Assembly (NCBI GenBank): GCA_963816145.1
Contig: CAWFJP010000030.1
Coordinates: 448,001 to 512,000 of the forward strand
DNA from: an uncultured delta proteobacterium
GTDB lineage: Bacteria > Desulfobacterota > Binatia > UBA9968
Length of the DNA: 64,000 bases
Direction: 5' to 3'
The position numbers and the translations under genes were made by a program. Below are positions 32,157-42,551 of this stretch, piece after piece (position 1 is the first letter of the stretch; the number at the start of each line of letters is the position of its first letter). The notes under the pieces are model-generated. The model did not search any database and was not told the DNA's origin. It was given only the letters and a program-made list of their open reading frames with translations.

Positions 32157-33503
32157 TTAAAACAGTTTCTTGGCTTGCTGCAAAACGGCATCAATAAAAT
32201 TTGCCGCTTCGCCGAGATAATTTTCGGGCTTAGCCAGCGCTTGCCAGTCGATCGTTCCGGTTGGGATCGAATCGCCAACCAGACGCCGGACAACTTCTGC
32301 CAGCGGCTGATTTTCTGCCACGGCGACAGCGCAAGCGTTTTTAACCAACTCTTCCGCTCGCCCGCGCGGCATTACTTGAGACAACGCAAACACCGCCGCT
32401 TCGGCAAGAATCACATCGTTGGCGTTCGCTATATTTGCGCTCATCGCGGCAGAGTCGACCTGCAAATTCTCCGCCAGATAGACCGCGTGTTTCAACGCGC
32501 CGCCGGTGAGCATAATCATCTGCGGCAACGTTAGCCATTCGACCTGCCAACCATGGGTGGCACGCTCCTGTTCTTGAATCTGCGCGTTGTGCATCGCTGC
32601 CAGCAAGCCAGCGTTGGTGCGCGCCGCGGCGAGAATGAGTTCGCTGGTGATCGGATTGGATTTCTGCGGCATGGTGCTGCTGCCGCCGCGCCCTTGCTCG
32701 CCCGACTCAGCGATCTCGCCGACTTCGCTTTGCGCCATAAGAATTATGTCCTGCGCCATCTTGCCGAGCGATCCGGTGACCAGACTCAACCAGCCGGCAA
32801 ACTCGACGAGACTGTCGCGCTGCGTATGCCATGGCATCATCGGCACGGCTAGTTTCAATTCCTTTGCCAACGCTTGCGTCACTGCCAAACCTCTGTTGCC
32901 GAGCGCCGCCAAAGTCCCGGCGGCGCCGCCGAATTGGACCACCAGCAATCGCGGCTCGAGTTCGCGCAAGCGCTCGACATGGCGCAACAACGGCGCCAGC
33001 CAAGCCGCGGCTTTCAAACTAAAAGTAATCGGCAACGCCTGCTGGCTGTGCGTCCGACCGGCGAGCACCGTCGATCGATGGGTTTTCGCCAGCGCGCTCA
33101 ATCCCTTTACAATTGCCGTCAAGCGTCCACGCATCAATTCGATCGCCGAGCGCATTTGCAGCACGCACGCCGTATCCATGATGTCCTGGGTCGTGGCACC
33201 CCAATGAACGAAAGGCGCCGCATCCGCGCTCACTCGCCGGCGCAGTTCCTGCACCAAAGCGATGATCGGAAAACCGGACCGCAACGTTCCCCTTGCGATG
33301 GCAGTAATGTCGATCTCATCAGCCCGTGCCTTCGCGATTTGATCAGCCGCCGTCGCCGGAATTACACCGACGAGCGCCTCCGCGCGAGCGAGTGCGATTT
33401 CTACATCGACGAGCATGCGTAGATACGCGGCGTCTTCGAAGATTCGGTTGACCCGGTCATCACTGAACAGCGGGCCGAAGATGGTTGAGTCGAGTACACT
33501 CAT
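32157..33503 (-). CDS. pcaB: 3-carboxy-cis,cis-muconate cycloisomerase
   Basis: HWGATTQD, GGSSTMPQKSNP fumarase-family signature; pca context. Confidence 0.9.
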   Translation of the reverse strand: MSVLDSTIFGPLFSDDRVNRIFEDAAYLRMLVDVEIALARAEALVGVIPATAADQIAKARADEIDITAIARGTLRSGFPIIALVQELRRRVSADAAPFVHWGATTQDIMDTACVLQMRSAIELMRGRLTAIVKGLSALAKTHRSTVLAGRTHSQQALPITFSLKAAAWLAPLLRHVERLRELEPRLLVVQFGGAAGTLAALGNRGLAVTQALAKELKLAVPMMPWHTQRDSLVEFAGWLSLVTGSLGKMAQDIILMAQSEVGEIAESGEQGRGGSSTMPQKSNPITSELILAAARTNAGLLAAMHNAQIQEQERATHGWQVEWLTLPQMIMLTGGALKHAVYLAENLQVDSAAMSANIANANDVILAEAAVFALSQVMPRGRAEELVKNACAVAVAENQPLAEVVRRLVGDSIPTGTIDWQALAKPENYLGEAANFIDAVLQQAKKLF

Positions 33504-33541
33504 GGACCGTAAAAATACACTGCAAAGCGAGACGAATCATA

Positions 33542-33626
33542 CCCTCTCCCCTTGCGGGAGAGGGCGAGGGTGAGGGGTATCTGATCGAGCACCCTCACCT
33601 CGATCCTCTCCCATCAAGGGAGAGGA
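33542..33626. repeat. CCCTCTCCC/GGGAGAGGG palindromic REP-like pair, family D
   Basis: Two hairpin units; a related unit lies at about 45196-45231. Confidence 0.8.
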
Positions 33627-33673
33627 ATTTATGACCTTCTGAACGAATTGCCATATGAATTCCAAACTCCCCA

Positions 33674-34246
33674 TCACATATCGAAGAACACAGTCTCGTT
33701 TCCGCCCTGAAGCCGGATGTCGAAACGGTAGACAGTCTTGCCATCCCGCTCGCTCCGCGTCGCGATCAAGCTTTTGCGCCGCGCTTTATTTTTGACCGAC
33801 TGCAACACCGCATCGCTGGCATTCGTTGCTTCGTCGTCGAAGTAAATCCGCGTGTAAGCGTGCACCAGCATGCCGCGGGCGAAGATCACCATGTTGATAT
33901 GCGGCGCTTGCACCGAATCGTCGTTGCCTGGAACCGGACCGGGCTTGATGGTTTCGAAGCTATAAAAACAATTCGCATCGGTGCCGGAACGGCCCCACCC
34001 GGTAAAGGTTGCATCGAGCGGTTTCTCTTGCTTGTCATCCGGGTGGTTGTAGCGGCCGTAGGCATTGGCTTGCCAGATCTCCACCATGACGTCGGGAATC
34101 ACGACGCCGTCGCCGTCAAAGACTTGCCCTTCGATGCGAATGCGCTCGCCTTGGGTCGAGTCGGTCGCCATGACGTTCATCGTTTGGCGCGTCAGGCCAA
34201 TCGCATAGAACGGTCCGACGGTTTGCGAAGGTGTTTGCTTGCTCAT
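33674..34246 (-). CDS. pcaG: Protocatechuate 3,4-dioxygenase alpha subunit
   Basis: TPSQTVGPF, EIWQANAYG, QAPHI, ARGML, ETVFFD. Confidence 0.95.
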   Translation of the reverse strand: MSKQTPSQTVGPFYAIGLTRQTMNVMATDSTQGERIRIEGQVFDGDGVVIPDVMVEIWQANAYGRYNHPDDKQEKPLDATFTGWGRSGTDANCFYSFETIKPGPVPGNDDSVQAPHINMVIFARGMLVHAYTRIYFDDEATNASDAVLQSVKNKARRKSLIATRSERDGKTVYRFDIRLQGGNETVFFDM

Positions 34247-34959
34247 TGCGGCCCCTCGAATGGCGTGGATTTTCGGCCGCGCAAGACAATGTCGAAGCGA
34301 TAACCCAAAGCGAACTCCGGCTCGGTGACGTCGTGCGCATAACTCGCCATCAGCCGCTGCCGGCCGCTCTTGGTCGGCACAGAATTAAAAATTGGATCGA
34401 GCGGTATCAACGGATCGCCGGGAAAGAAAAATTGCGTCACCAGCCGAGTGACGAAGCTTGGCCCGAACAGCGACAAATGAATATGCGCCGGCCGCCAGGC
34501 GTTGGGATGATTGAGCCAAGGATAAGCGCCGGGTTTGATCGTGATATAGCGGTACTCACCCCTATCGTTTGTCACGCAGCGCCCGGCGCCGGTGAAGTTG
34601 GGGTCGAGCGGCGCGTTGTGCTGGTCGACCGGATGATGATAACGCCCGGCCGCGTTGGCCTGCCAGATCTCGATCAACGTATTGGGCACCGGCTTGTCGT
34701 CTTCGTCCAACACCCGGCCGACGACGATGATGCGCTCGCCCAGCGCTTCTTTGCCGGTGTCGGCGTTGCGCGTGAGATCGCTCTCGCCCGGTTCCAATTT
34801 GATGTCGCTGAACAACGGCCCGGTGATCTCCGACAGTGTTTGCTTGAGCGGCACCAGCTTCTTGAGCGGCCCGCGCTTCACCGACGAACCATAGGCTTCG
34901 AAACTGTAAGGCGGATGGGAGCGCCAGTCGCGCGGATTATAGGGTTTGATGTTCATCAT
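34243..34959 (-). CDS. pcaH: Protocatechuate 3,4-dioxygenase beta subunit
   Basis: EIWQANAAGRY, PGAYPW, WRPAHIH, RLVTQ. Confidence 0.95.
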   Translation of the reverse strand: MMNIKPYNPRDWRSHPPYSFEAYGSSVKRGPLKKLVPLKQTLSEITGPLFSDIKLEPGESDLTRNADTGKEALGERIIVVGRVLDEDDKPVPNTLIEIWQANAAGRYHHPVDQHNAPLDPNFTGAGRCVTNDRGEYRYITIKPGAYPWLNHPNAWRPAHIHLSLFGPSFVTRLVTQFFFPGDPLIPLDPIFNSVPTKSGRQRLMASYAHDVTEPEFALGYRFDIVLRGRKSTPFEGPQ

Positions 34960-34995
34960 AAAAGTCTGCCTCGATCACGAATGATTGCACCACGA

Positions 34996-35261
34996 CATGT
35001 CCATGAGCTTACGCTCGTCTACAGAGTATGAAATTGCAGCCCCCCTGCACGCCCCCCCGATTCGTCATGCGGGCGAGGGCCGGCATCCAGGCGACGGAGG
35101 GGGGATGGATACCGGCTTTCGCCGGTATGACGGAAGCCTTATGGCAATTCGTCGCCCAAATCGTGCTTGCGCATGTATTTTCTAAGGAACTCACGAAGGA
35201 CATGAAGGTTTCGGATAATAATTTCTCTGAACTTCGTGTTCTTCGAGTCCTTCGTGGTGAA
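34996..35261 (+). repeat. Composite ~270-bp repeated element, copy 1
   Basis: Colinear with the reverse complement of 48433-48707; contains a REP pair and a CACGAAG array. Confidence 0.85.
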
Positions 35262-35266
35262 TAGTC

Positions 35267-35653
35267 TTATTTCCCGTCCGTTTCCATTTCTTTGTACACC
35301 CGCTTGGCCACGGCGAAGGCCGAGTTCGCCGCCGGCGCGCCGGCGTAGACCGCGACTTGCAGCAGCACTTCTTTGACTTCTTCTTTGGTCACGCCGGTGT
35401 TGCGCGTGGCGCGGATATGCGCGCCCAACTCGTCGAGCCGGCCCAACGACGCCAGCATGGCGATGGTCAGCATGCTGCGTGTGCGCTTTTCCAGTCCCGG
35501 CCGCGTCCACACCGCGGCCCAGGCGTGCTCGGTGACGTAGCGCTGCCAGTCCGCATCGAAATCCGTTTTATTCGCTTCCGCGCGCTCAACGTAAGCCTCG
35601 CCCAGCACCGCTTTGCGGGTTGCCATCCCCTTATCGAATAGTTCGTCAGACAA
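35267..35653 (-). CDS. pcaC: 4-carboxymuconolactone decarboxylase
   Basis: GMATRKAVLG, WAAVWTRPGL, YAGAPAAN; TTG start overlapping pcaD. Confidence 0.92.
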   Translation of the reverse strand: MSDELFDKGMATRKAVLGEAYVERAEANKTDFDADWQRYVTEHAWAAVWTRPGLEKRTRSMLTIAMLASLGRLDELGAHIRATRNTGVTKEEVKEVLLQVAVYAGAPAANSAFAVAKRVYKEMETDGK

Positions 35654-36440
35654 TTTGCACCTCCTGAAGAAACTGCATGATGCGCTCGGCAACAGCATCG
35701 GGCTGCTCAACACATGGCAAGTGCGCCGCCTTCTCAATCAGAGAAAAACGCGCGCCCGGAATCAAACCCGCCAGCTCGCGGCCAAGCCCCGGCGGCGTAG
35801 CAATATCTTCGGCACCGCAGAGGACAAGAGTCGGCTGTCTGATCTGCCGCACGGCCGAGCGGAAATCCGTATCACGCAGCGCCGCGCAGGTGCCAATATA
35901 GCCATCCGCCGAAGTCTGCCGCAGCATCAAAGAATAGCCGCGAATATCGGCCGCGCATTGCTCGCGAAAGCCGGCGGAAAACCAACGCTCCATGGTCATC
36001 TGCACCAGAGAATCGACGCCCTCGGCGCGCACCTTGTCGATGCGCTGCTGCCAAGCTTCGGCGGTCGCGATCTTGGCGCCGGTATCGCTCAGCACCAGCG
36101 CCCGCACCCGAGCAGGGAAATTCAAGGCGACAGCTTGAGCGATCAAACCGCCGACAGATACGCCGCAAAGGATCGCCTGTTGAATGTTGAGACGGTCGAG
36201 AATCGCCACCACATCGCCAGCCAGATCGGCGGCTGAATAGGGCGGCGCCGGCGCCTCGCTCAGACCATGGCCCCGGAGATCGTAGCGAACAACATGATAA
36301 TGCTCGGCCAATCTTCCCGCCACGTCGTCCCAAATGCGCAAATCGCTGCCCAAAGAGTTGGCAAACAGTAACGCCGGATTGCCCGCAGCACCTTCGGCCC
36401 GGTAGTACTGAACGCAATCGCCTGTCTGCAAAAATGCCAT
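35646..36440 (-). CDS. pcaD: 3-oxoadipate enol-lactonase
   Basis: NSLGSDL, YDLRGHG, GVSVGG, ERWFS, AAHLPCVEQP. Confidence 0.92.
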   Translation of the reverse strand: MAFLQTGDCVQYYRAEGAAGNPALLFANSLGSDLRIWDDVAGRLAEHYHVVRYDLRGHGLSEAPAPPYSAADLAGDVVAILDRLNIQQAILCGVSVGGLIAQAVALNFPARVRALVLSDTGAKIATAEAWQQRIDKVRAEGVDSLVQMTMERWFSAGFREQCAADIRGYSLMLRQTSADGYIGTCAALRDTDFRSAVRQIRQPTLVLCGAEDIATPPGLGRELAGLIPGARFSLIEKAAHLPCVEQPDAVAERIMQFLQEVQIV

Positions 36441-36454
36441 GGAGCTTGAAGGTC

Positions 36455-37483
36455 CTATGCTTTAGCTGATTCGGCGGCGCGGACCTGCGGCATTACCGCC
36501 GTCGCCCACTTGCGCATGACTTCGTAGTAAGCTTTCGGCGGCAAGGTAAGCAAGAAGTTTTTGATGCCGCGCCGGGCCAACTCACCGATCCGCTGGGCAC
36601 ATTCCTCAGGCGTGCCGGCGATGGCGAAACGCTGCTGCAAATAATCGGTGATCAAGCCGGGATCGGAGCGCTCGTCGATCTTTTTCGTTACGTCGAAGGC
36701 GCCCATAAACCGTTGCACGCCAGGCCGTTCTTCAGGCGGCACCGTTTCCAAGGTAAAGCGAAAGTTCTGATGCGCCCGGTTGGCCAATCGGCCGCGTGCT
36801 ATTTGGCGCGCTCGATCACCATCGTCGTCGATGCAGGCGATGCCCGCGCCGATGAGTTCGATCTCACTGGGATCGCGTCCGGCCTCGCGCGCTCCCTGGG
36901 CGACTTGTTCCTTGGCCCAATCGACCACTCGCAGATCGAAACCAGAACCCAAAATTACGCCGTCGGCAATCCGGCCCGCGGCGTGCAAGGCCCGCGGCCC
37001 TGCCGCTGCCACCCAAACCGGCACCGGAAAGCGCCCGGCGCGCAGCGGCAGATCTCCGGCCTCTCGCTCCTTGCCCTTGGGAATATGAATCGTCTGTCCA
37101 TTCACCAGTTCGCGAATCACCCGCACGCCGTCGGCAAACCTTGTCAGCGGGACTGCCGTTCGCGCGAGCGTGTAAGTTGTCCCGTCGCCAGTGCCCAAGC
37201 CAAGAATCGCCCGGCCACGGGAAATCTCGTTGAGCGTCGCCGCTTGGTTGGCCAATACCACCGGCTCGCGAAAAGTCAGGGTCATGATCGCCGTACCGAG
37301 TTTGATACGTCCGGTCCGCAGCGCCGCCGCGGTCAAGACTTGAAAGGGATCGAGCCCGCTCATCAGCGACTCGCTCAAAAATATCCCTTCATAGCCAAGC
37401 TCCTCCATCTCGACGGCACGCTCGACTTGAGCTTGATAGCCTCGCTCACCGGCGTTACCGGCCAATGAAAATCGAATCGCCAT
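36455..37483 (-). CDS. LLM-class flavin-dependent oxidoreductase
   Basis: RIKLGTAI, SRGRAILGLGTG, AGRIADG, AGTPEE. Confidence 0.88.
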   Translation of the reverse strand: MAIRFSLAGNAGERGYQAQVERAVEMEELGYEGIFLSESLMSGLDPFQVLTAAALRTGRIKLGTAIMTLTFREPVVLANQAATLNEISRGRAILGLGTGDGTTYTLARTAVPLTRFADGVRVIRELVNGQTIHIPKGKEREAGDLPLRAGRFPVPVWVAAAGPRALHAAGRIADGVILGSGFDLRVVDWAKEQVAQGAREAGRDPSEIELIGAGIACIDDDGDRARQIARGRLANRAHQNFRFTLETVPPEERPGVQRFMGAFDVTKKIDERSDPGLITDYLQQRFAIAGTPEECAQRIGELARRGIKNFLLTLPPKAYYEVMRKWATAVMPQVRAAESAKA

Positions 37484-37577
37484 CTCAGTCCGGAAACGTA
37501 TCCGACCCTCCAAGGCAAAGTCAAATTACCGGATAAAATTCTCTTTGACTTCCGCCAAGCAACAACCATAGAATCCG

Positions 37578-37652
37578 ATTGAACCCTTAAACCTTGAATT
37601 CTTGAACGAAAAACCTTTGGAACATCTGGAACCCCTGGAACGATTGGAACCG
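37578..37652. repeat. 7-/9-mer tandem repeats (TTGAAC/TGGAAC), family A
   Basis: Read directly. Confidence 0.8.
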
Positions 37653-37672
37653 TAATGCTTAAGGAGGAAATC

Positions 37673-38299
37673 ATGTCCGAACCCTTAACCCTAGAAGTAT
37701 TTTCCGATTTTGTTTGACCCTGGTGCTACCTCGTCACCGGGCGTGTCGAGAAAATCAAAAACGAATACGGTCTCGGAATCAAATTCACCAACTTCCCGCT
37801 CCATCCGGAGACACCGTTGGAAGGCAGCGTGCGCGGCCCCGAAATCATCGCGCGCAACGGCCGGATGAAAGTGAACATGGAGCGCGAAGGCTTGCCCTTC
37901 AACGCCGAGCGCAACATGTCCTACAACAGCCGCCTCGCCCAAGAACTCGCCAAATGGGCCGAGACCAAGGGCAAGGCAGAAGAAGTCACCAACGCGCTGT
38001 TTCGCGCTTACTTCGTCGACGTCAAGAACATCGGCAAAGCCGAAGTGCTGGCGCAAATCGCGGAGGAAAACGATTTACCGAGAGACGAGGCCACTGATGT
38101 CCTGCTCAGCCGCAAATACAAAGACCCCGTCGACGACGACTGGCGCCGTTGCGCCGCCTTCGGCGTTAACGCCGTGCCGACCTTTCTCGCCGGCAAATAC
38201 TTGATGGTCGGCGCGCAACCCTATGAAGAGTTGAAGCGGCTGGTTGAGCATGTATTGACGGAGAAGGAGCCACAAGAGGACAGCAATCAGCCAAATTGA
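37673..38299 (+). CDS. DsbA/FrnE-family oxidoreductase with in-frame UGA (selenocysteine candidate, UPWC motif)
   Basis: AAGGAGG RBS and ATG 37673 give MSEPLTLEVFSDFV-TGA(37715)-PWCYL, in frame with ORF 37817-38299 (FPLHP, GVNAVPTF, GAQP). Confidence 0.85.
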
Positions 38300-38395
38300 T
38301 TCAACGGTACCTGGTGGCGTTGTTGACAACTGCATGCCCCTTGGCTCCAAGCCGAGGGGTTCTGAATGCGTCGACTAGAAGTCGACTCTTCCTTT

Positions 38396-38504
38396 CGTCA
38401 TTCCGGCGTAGAGCCTGCCCCGGACCTGATCCGGGGCCGGAATCCAGGTCTTCTTTGCCCTGCCAACGAAACCAAAGATGGATGCCGGCCTTCGCCGGCA
38501 TGAC
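38396..38504. repeat. REP-like inverted pair (GTCATTCCGGC...GCCGGCATGAC), family C
   Basis: Same family at about 35063, 48559 and 57668. Confidence 0.85.
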
Positions 38505-38580
38505 AAATCCTCTCTTCTCCTGAAGCCTGCCCTGAGCTACGTCGAAGGGCGAGGGATTTCAACCAGCCCCGAAAGGGACA

Positions 38581-39529
38581 TTAACGGTTCAACAGCGCCA
38601 CCGCCACCAACCCAACTGCCAATCCAAGTAATTTCTGCCGCGACAGCCGTTCGCGGAAGCAGATAAACCCCAGCACCGTGCTCACCGCCACCACACCAAC
38701 GCTGTAGATGGGGTAAAGCTGCGAGCTCTGCCACCCGCCCAGACCGAGCATGCGCAGCAGCGAGTACATGGCGACATAGTTGATGGCGCCAAGTCCCAAT
38801 CCGGCGGCGAGATGCCGCAATGAAGTCGAGCATGCGCAGCAGCGAGTACATGGCGACATAGTTGATGGCGCCAAGTCCCAATCCGGCGGCGAGATGCCGC
38901 ACATGAAAGTCGGTCATCGAGAGCACTCCCCCGCCGAAACCGATCGCGAGGCTTGAGACGAAGCCAAAGGCGAACGCCGACATGACATAGGCGTGATAGG
39001 TGGAGTCGTCGAGATACTGAGATTGCAGATATTTGAGAATAGTGAAGTAGCAACCGAAAGTGGCGAAAACCAGTAGCGGCAGAACCTGAAACAGTTTCGA
39101 GCGAAGTTCGTCGCTATGCTTCTCCGGCGCGGTGCAAAGAAACAGCGCCACCAACGCAGCCGACAAACCAAGAATCTTCACCGTCGTCAAAGAGTCGCGG
39201 TAAAGCACGAACGCCAACACCGACGGCACCGCCACCGACAGCCGGCTCGCCAACGCCGCGACGGCAACGCCCGCCCGCTGCGCCGTGCGGGCGAGCAAGA
39301 AAAAATTCACTGCTAACAGAATCCCCTGGATCGCCGCCAGGCCGATCCAAGGTTCGCGCGCGATACGGCCAACCGCCAAGGAGTTTCCTAATAAGAGAGT
39401 GCCGATCGCGACGCAAGTCAGATAGTTGATGGGGATCGCCCAGAAAAGATTGACGCGCCAATTGTCGCAAGCGCGGAACAACACCGGGATAACGCCGGAC
39501 GCCAGGATGGCGAGAGCGATATAAACCAT
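38581..39529 (-). pseudogene. EamA/DMT family transporter disrupted by an internal 82-bp tandem duplication
   Basis: Hydrophobic DMT pattern (INYL...FRERLS); 38745-38819 is repeated at 38827-38901. Confidence 0.8.
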
Positions 39530-39535
39530 CCGATG

Positions 39536-40885
39536 TCAGAACGACAACCGGCTCACCCGTTGCATCAGATCGCGATTGGCAAGCTTAGCCTCGGCCAGGA
39601 TCTTGTGGTCGTCGAGCCTCGTGAATTGCCGGTCGCGCATAAGAATTTCGCCATCGACGATCACGGTCTTAACGTCGCTCGCCTTTGCACAGTGGACGAT
39701 TTGGCTGAAGATGTCGTTGACCGGCTGACTGTGCAAGGTGTCGATGTCGACGAGAATCAAATCCGCCCGCTTGCCGACTTCGATGGTGCCGCAAATTGAG
39801 TCCAACCCGAGCGCTTTGGCGCCGCCGATGGTCGCCATCCGCAAGACATCGTTCGGCTTTATGACGCCGGCGTCTCGATGATGAACCTTCTGCAATAGCG
39901 AAGCCGCTTTCATGGTGTCGAAGAGATCCTGCGAATGATTGCTCGCCGCGCCGTCGGTGCCGAGCGCGACGTTGACGCCTTGGCGCAGCATCTCGACCAC
40001 CGGCGCGACGCCGTCGCCGAGCATCATGTTGCTCACCGGGTTATGCGACACCGACGTGCCGGTTTCTTTCAGGATCCGAATTTCATCATTCGAGACATGC
40101 ACCGAATGGGCGAAGATCGAATTGTGCGCTGGAATACCGAATTGCTGTAAAAATTCGACGACCCCGTTTTTGCTATGCTGGTGGCGCACGGCATCGACCA
40201 CCGAGTGTGACTCGGCGACATGGGCGCTAATGCCCAGTGAATTTGCATCGGCAAATCGGCGGACTTCTCGGAGCAATTCTGGCGTCGTATTGATCGGCGG
40301 CGTGTTCGGTCCGGTCATGAAGGTCAGCAGTTGAGAATGCTGATACCGCGCGACCAGCGCTTCGATGAGACGGAACGCCTGTTCGGGCTTCTCCTTGGTG
40401 CACTCCGGCACGATTTCGCCGGCATCCATGATGGTTCGCGCGAACACCGCGCGCAATCCCGCATCCTGCATCGCCCGGATCGCTTCCAATGCGCACTCGG
40501 GACTGGGATTCAGAAAGTTATGCTCACAAACTGTGGTCACGCCGCTCCGAATCGATTCAACACAACCAAGCAAGCTACCGGTGTAAAAATGTGCCGGCGT
40601 GAGCACCCGCGCGCAGCCGTAGATCCGCTTGAGCCACGGCATCAGCTCCAGATCCTCCCAGACCGCGCGCAGCAATACTTGATAGAGATGGGTGTGGGCG
40701 TTAACCAGTCCGGGCATGAGCGCACAGCCCGAAGCGTCGACGACCTGCTCATCGCTCTTTATTTCAGGCGGCGACCCAACGCCGATCTCAGTAATCGCAC
40801 CGGCACCAACGCGCACGTAGCCAGTGATCGTCTTGCGATCGGTCATCGTAATGATGAGCGCATTGGTAACAATCATGCGTCCCAT
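39536..40885 (-). CDS. Metal-dependent amidohydrolase (MTA/SAH deaminase or AtzA-like)
   Basis: PGLVNAHTH, HVAES, AHSVH, ALGTDGAASN. Confidence 0.9.
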   Translation of the reverse strand: MGRMIVTNALIITMTDRKTITGYVRVGAGAITEIGVGSPPEIKSDEQVVDASGCALMPGLVNAHTHLYQVLLRAVWEDLELMPWLKRIYGCARVLTPAHFYTGSLLGCVESIRSGVTTVCEHNFLNPSPECALEAIRAMQDAGLRAVFARTIMDAGEIVPECTKEKPEQAFRLIEALVARYQHSQLLTFMTGPNTPPINTTPELLREVRRFADANSLGISAHVAESHSVVDAVRHQHSKNGVVEFLQQFGIPAHNSIFAHSVHVSNDEIRILKETGTSVSHNPVSNMMLGDGVAPVVEMLRQGVNVALGTDGAASNHSQDLFDTMKAASLLQKVHHRDAGVIKPNDVLRMATIGGAKALGLDSICGTIEVGKRADLILVDIDTLHSQPVNDIFSQIVHCAKASDVKTVIVDGEILMRDRQFTRLDDHKILAEAKLANRDLMQRVSRLSF

Positions 40886-40907
40886 TGGTCTGTCCTCTGT
40901 CTCTGTG

Positions 40908-41900
40908 TCACTTCCCCGACAGCCGGTCGACAAAACCGCTCTTGCGAATCTCCTCCATCAACGTCGCGTCGATAAAATCTTCCGCCTTAGCGCCCTTGGC
41001 CTTCGGCGTCGGCAGCGCGTCGATGACATTCTGGATACCGCGCGGCTCCGGGGTGGGGAAATCGCGAAACGATTTCGACAACCGTTCATAGAGCGGCCCG
41101 ATCACCTCGGCGTCGCTGTTGCTCTCGCGCAGCACCGCGCGGGCCACATCGGGTCTGGTTTTGAACGCGTGGATGCCTTCGATCAGCGCCTGCAAGTAAC
41201 GCTTGACCGTTTCCCGCTGGTTCTTGAGCAGAGCGCCGGACACCACCACGCCGTAGTTGGCGAACTCCAGAGGCAGCTCGGTCAAATCGGCCAAGACGCG
41301 GCAACAGCCGGTGGCGACGATCTTGGCCACGCCGGTGGAGCTCACCAGCGCAGCGTCCATATGGCCGGCGATCAGCGCCGCCACCCGCGTCGGCGTGTTG
41401 CCGGATTGAAAGAAGCTGACGTCTTTATCAGGATCGAGCTTCCAATAGCGCAGCGCCACCCGCGTGATGATGTCGGAACCTGAGCCGAAGCGGCTGATGG
41501 TGACCTTTTTGCCTTTGAGCTCGGCCGGAGTCTTGATGTTGTTGCGCACGACGAACATCGGCTCGATTCGATTGATCGGCACCGCGACGACCTTCAAGCT
41601 GTGACCGGCCAAGGCCAGATTGAGCATGGCCGGCGTGTCGAAACCAGCAACGCCAATGTCGCCCGACGACAACGTCTGCGCCATCAGCGAACCGCTCGAT
41701 AGATAGATCGAGCGCACATCGACGCCATGCTTGCGCCATAGGCCGGTGCGGTCAATGACTTTCAACAGGTCGGAGCCGATGCCGGCGCCGCTGTAGCCCA
41801 TATTGAGAAGCGGCAGATTCTGCGCCGCTGCGAGGACGGGAGACAACCAGATTAAAAATATCGCGAGCAACGAGCGCGAGTATCGATTCATCGGATTCAC
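40908..41900 (-). CDS. ABC substrate-binding protein (SsuA/THI5-like)
   Basis: Signal peptide, ELKGKKVTISRFGS, DAALV. Confidence 0.85.
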   Translation of the reverse strand: MNPMNRYSRSLLAIFLIWLSPVLAAAQNLPLLNMGYSGAGIGSDLLKVIDRTGLWRKHGVDVRSIYLSSGSLMAQTLSSGDIGVAGFDTPAMLNLALAGHSLKVVAVPINRIEPMFVVRNNIKTPAELKGKKVTISRFGSGSDIITRVALRYWKLDPDKDVSFFQSGNTPTRVAALIAGHMDAALVSSTGVAKIVATGCCRVLADLTELPLEFANYGVVVSGALLKNQRETVKRYLQALIEGIHAFKTRPDVARAVLRESNSDAEVIGPLYERLSKSFRDFPTPEPRGIQNVIDALPTPKAKGAKAEDFIDATLMEEIRKSGFVDRLSGK

Positions 41901-42044
41901 CTCAGTGACGGCATAAGTAATATACTCGACGCCGAACCGTCAACGGCTCGGGCTGACAATCTATCGCTTGACGCGGCCGATCCACTTGACCGCCATCCCC
42001 AAACCGGACTAAGTTAATGGCAAATCCAAACGACGAGGTGACCC

Positions 42045-42452
42045 ATGGCACAAGACGCAATTGAATTTCGACATAAGATCCCCGAGTTCGAGGGGCCCAA
42101 AAAGACTTGGCAAGTTTGCACCAGCGACTTGATGAAGGTCCAAGTCCAGGTGGTAAAAGACGGCGGCGAAAACAACCTGCACACGCATACCGGCGAGGAC
42201 GCCTTCTGGTACGTCATCAGCGGCGCCGTGAGATTTTACGGCGAAGGCGACAAAGTGATCGGCGAATACCAGAAAGGCGAAGGCCTCCTGGTGCCGCGCG
42301 GTTTTAAATACTGGTTCGAAAGCGCCTCGAGCGATGTGCTGGAAATTCTCCGCGTCACCGCCAAGGACCAGAGCATCGACAATAAGCGCGTTGATCTGTC
42401 GCCGCAAAAAGATTGGATGATTCAGCAGAATACCTTCGGCGCGCGGCAATAA
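42045..42452 (+). CDS. Cupin domain protein
   Basis: GENNLHTHTGED...WYVISG, VPRGFKYWF; GAGG RBS. Confidence 0.85.
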   Translation: MAQDAIEFRHKIPEFEGPKKTWQVCTSDLMKVQVQVVKDGGENNLHTHTGEDAFWYVISGAVRFYGEGDKVIGEYQKGEGLLVPRGFKYWFESASSDVLEILRVTAKDQSIDNKRVDLSPQKDWMIQQNTFGARQ

Positions 42453-42462
42453 CTAGAATACC

Positions 42463-42528
42463 GTAAGGGGTTAGGGGTGAGGCGTTAGGGCGTGTCCGCC
42501 CCAACCCTTTACCCCTTACCCTTCACCA
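42463..42528. repeat. Inverted heptamer array (TAAGGGG / CCCCTTA)
   Basis: Read directly. Confidence 0.75.
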
Positions 42529-42551
42529 CTAACCAACGCGCTGTAGCGCGG

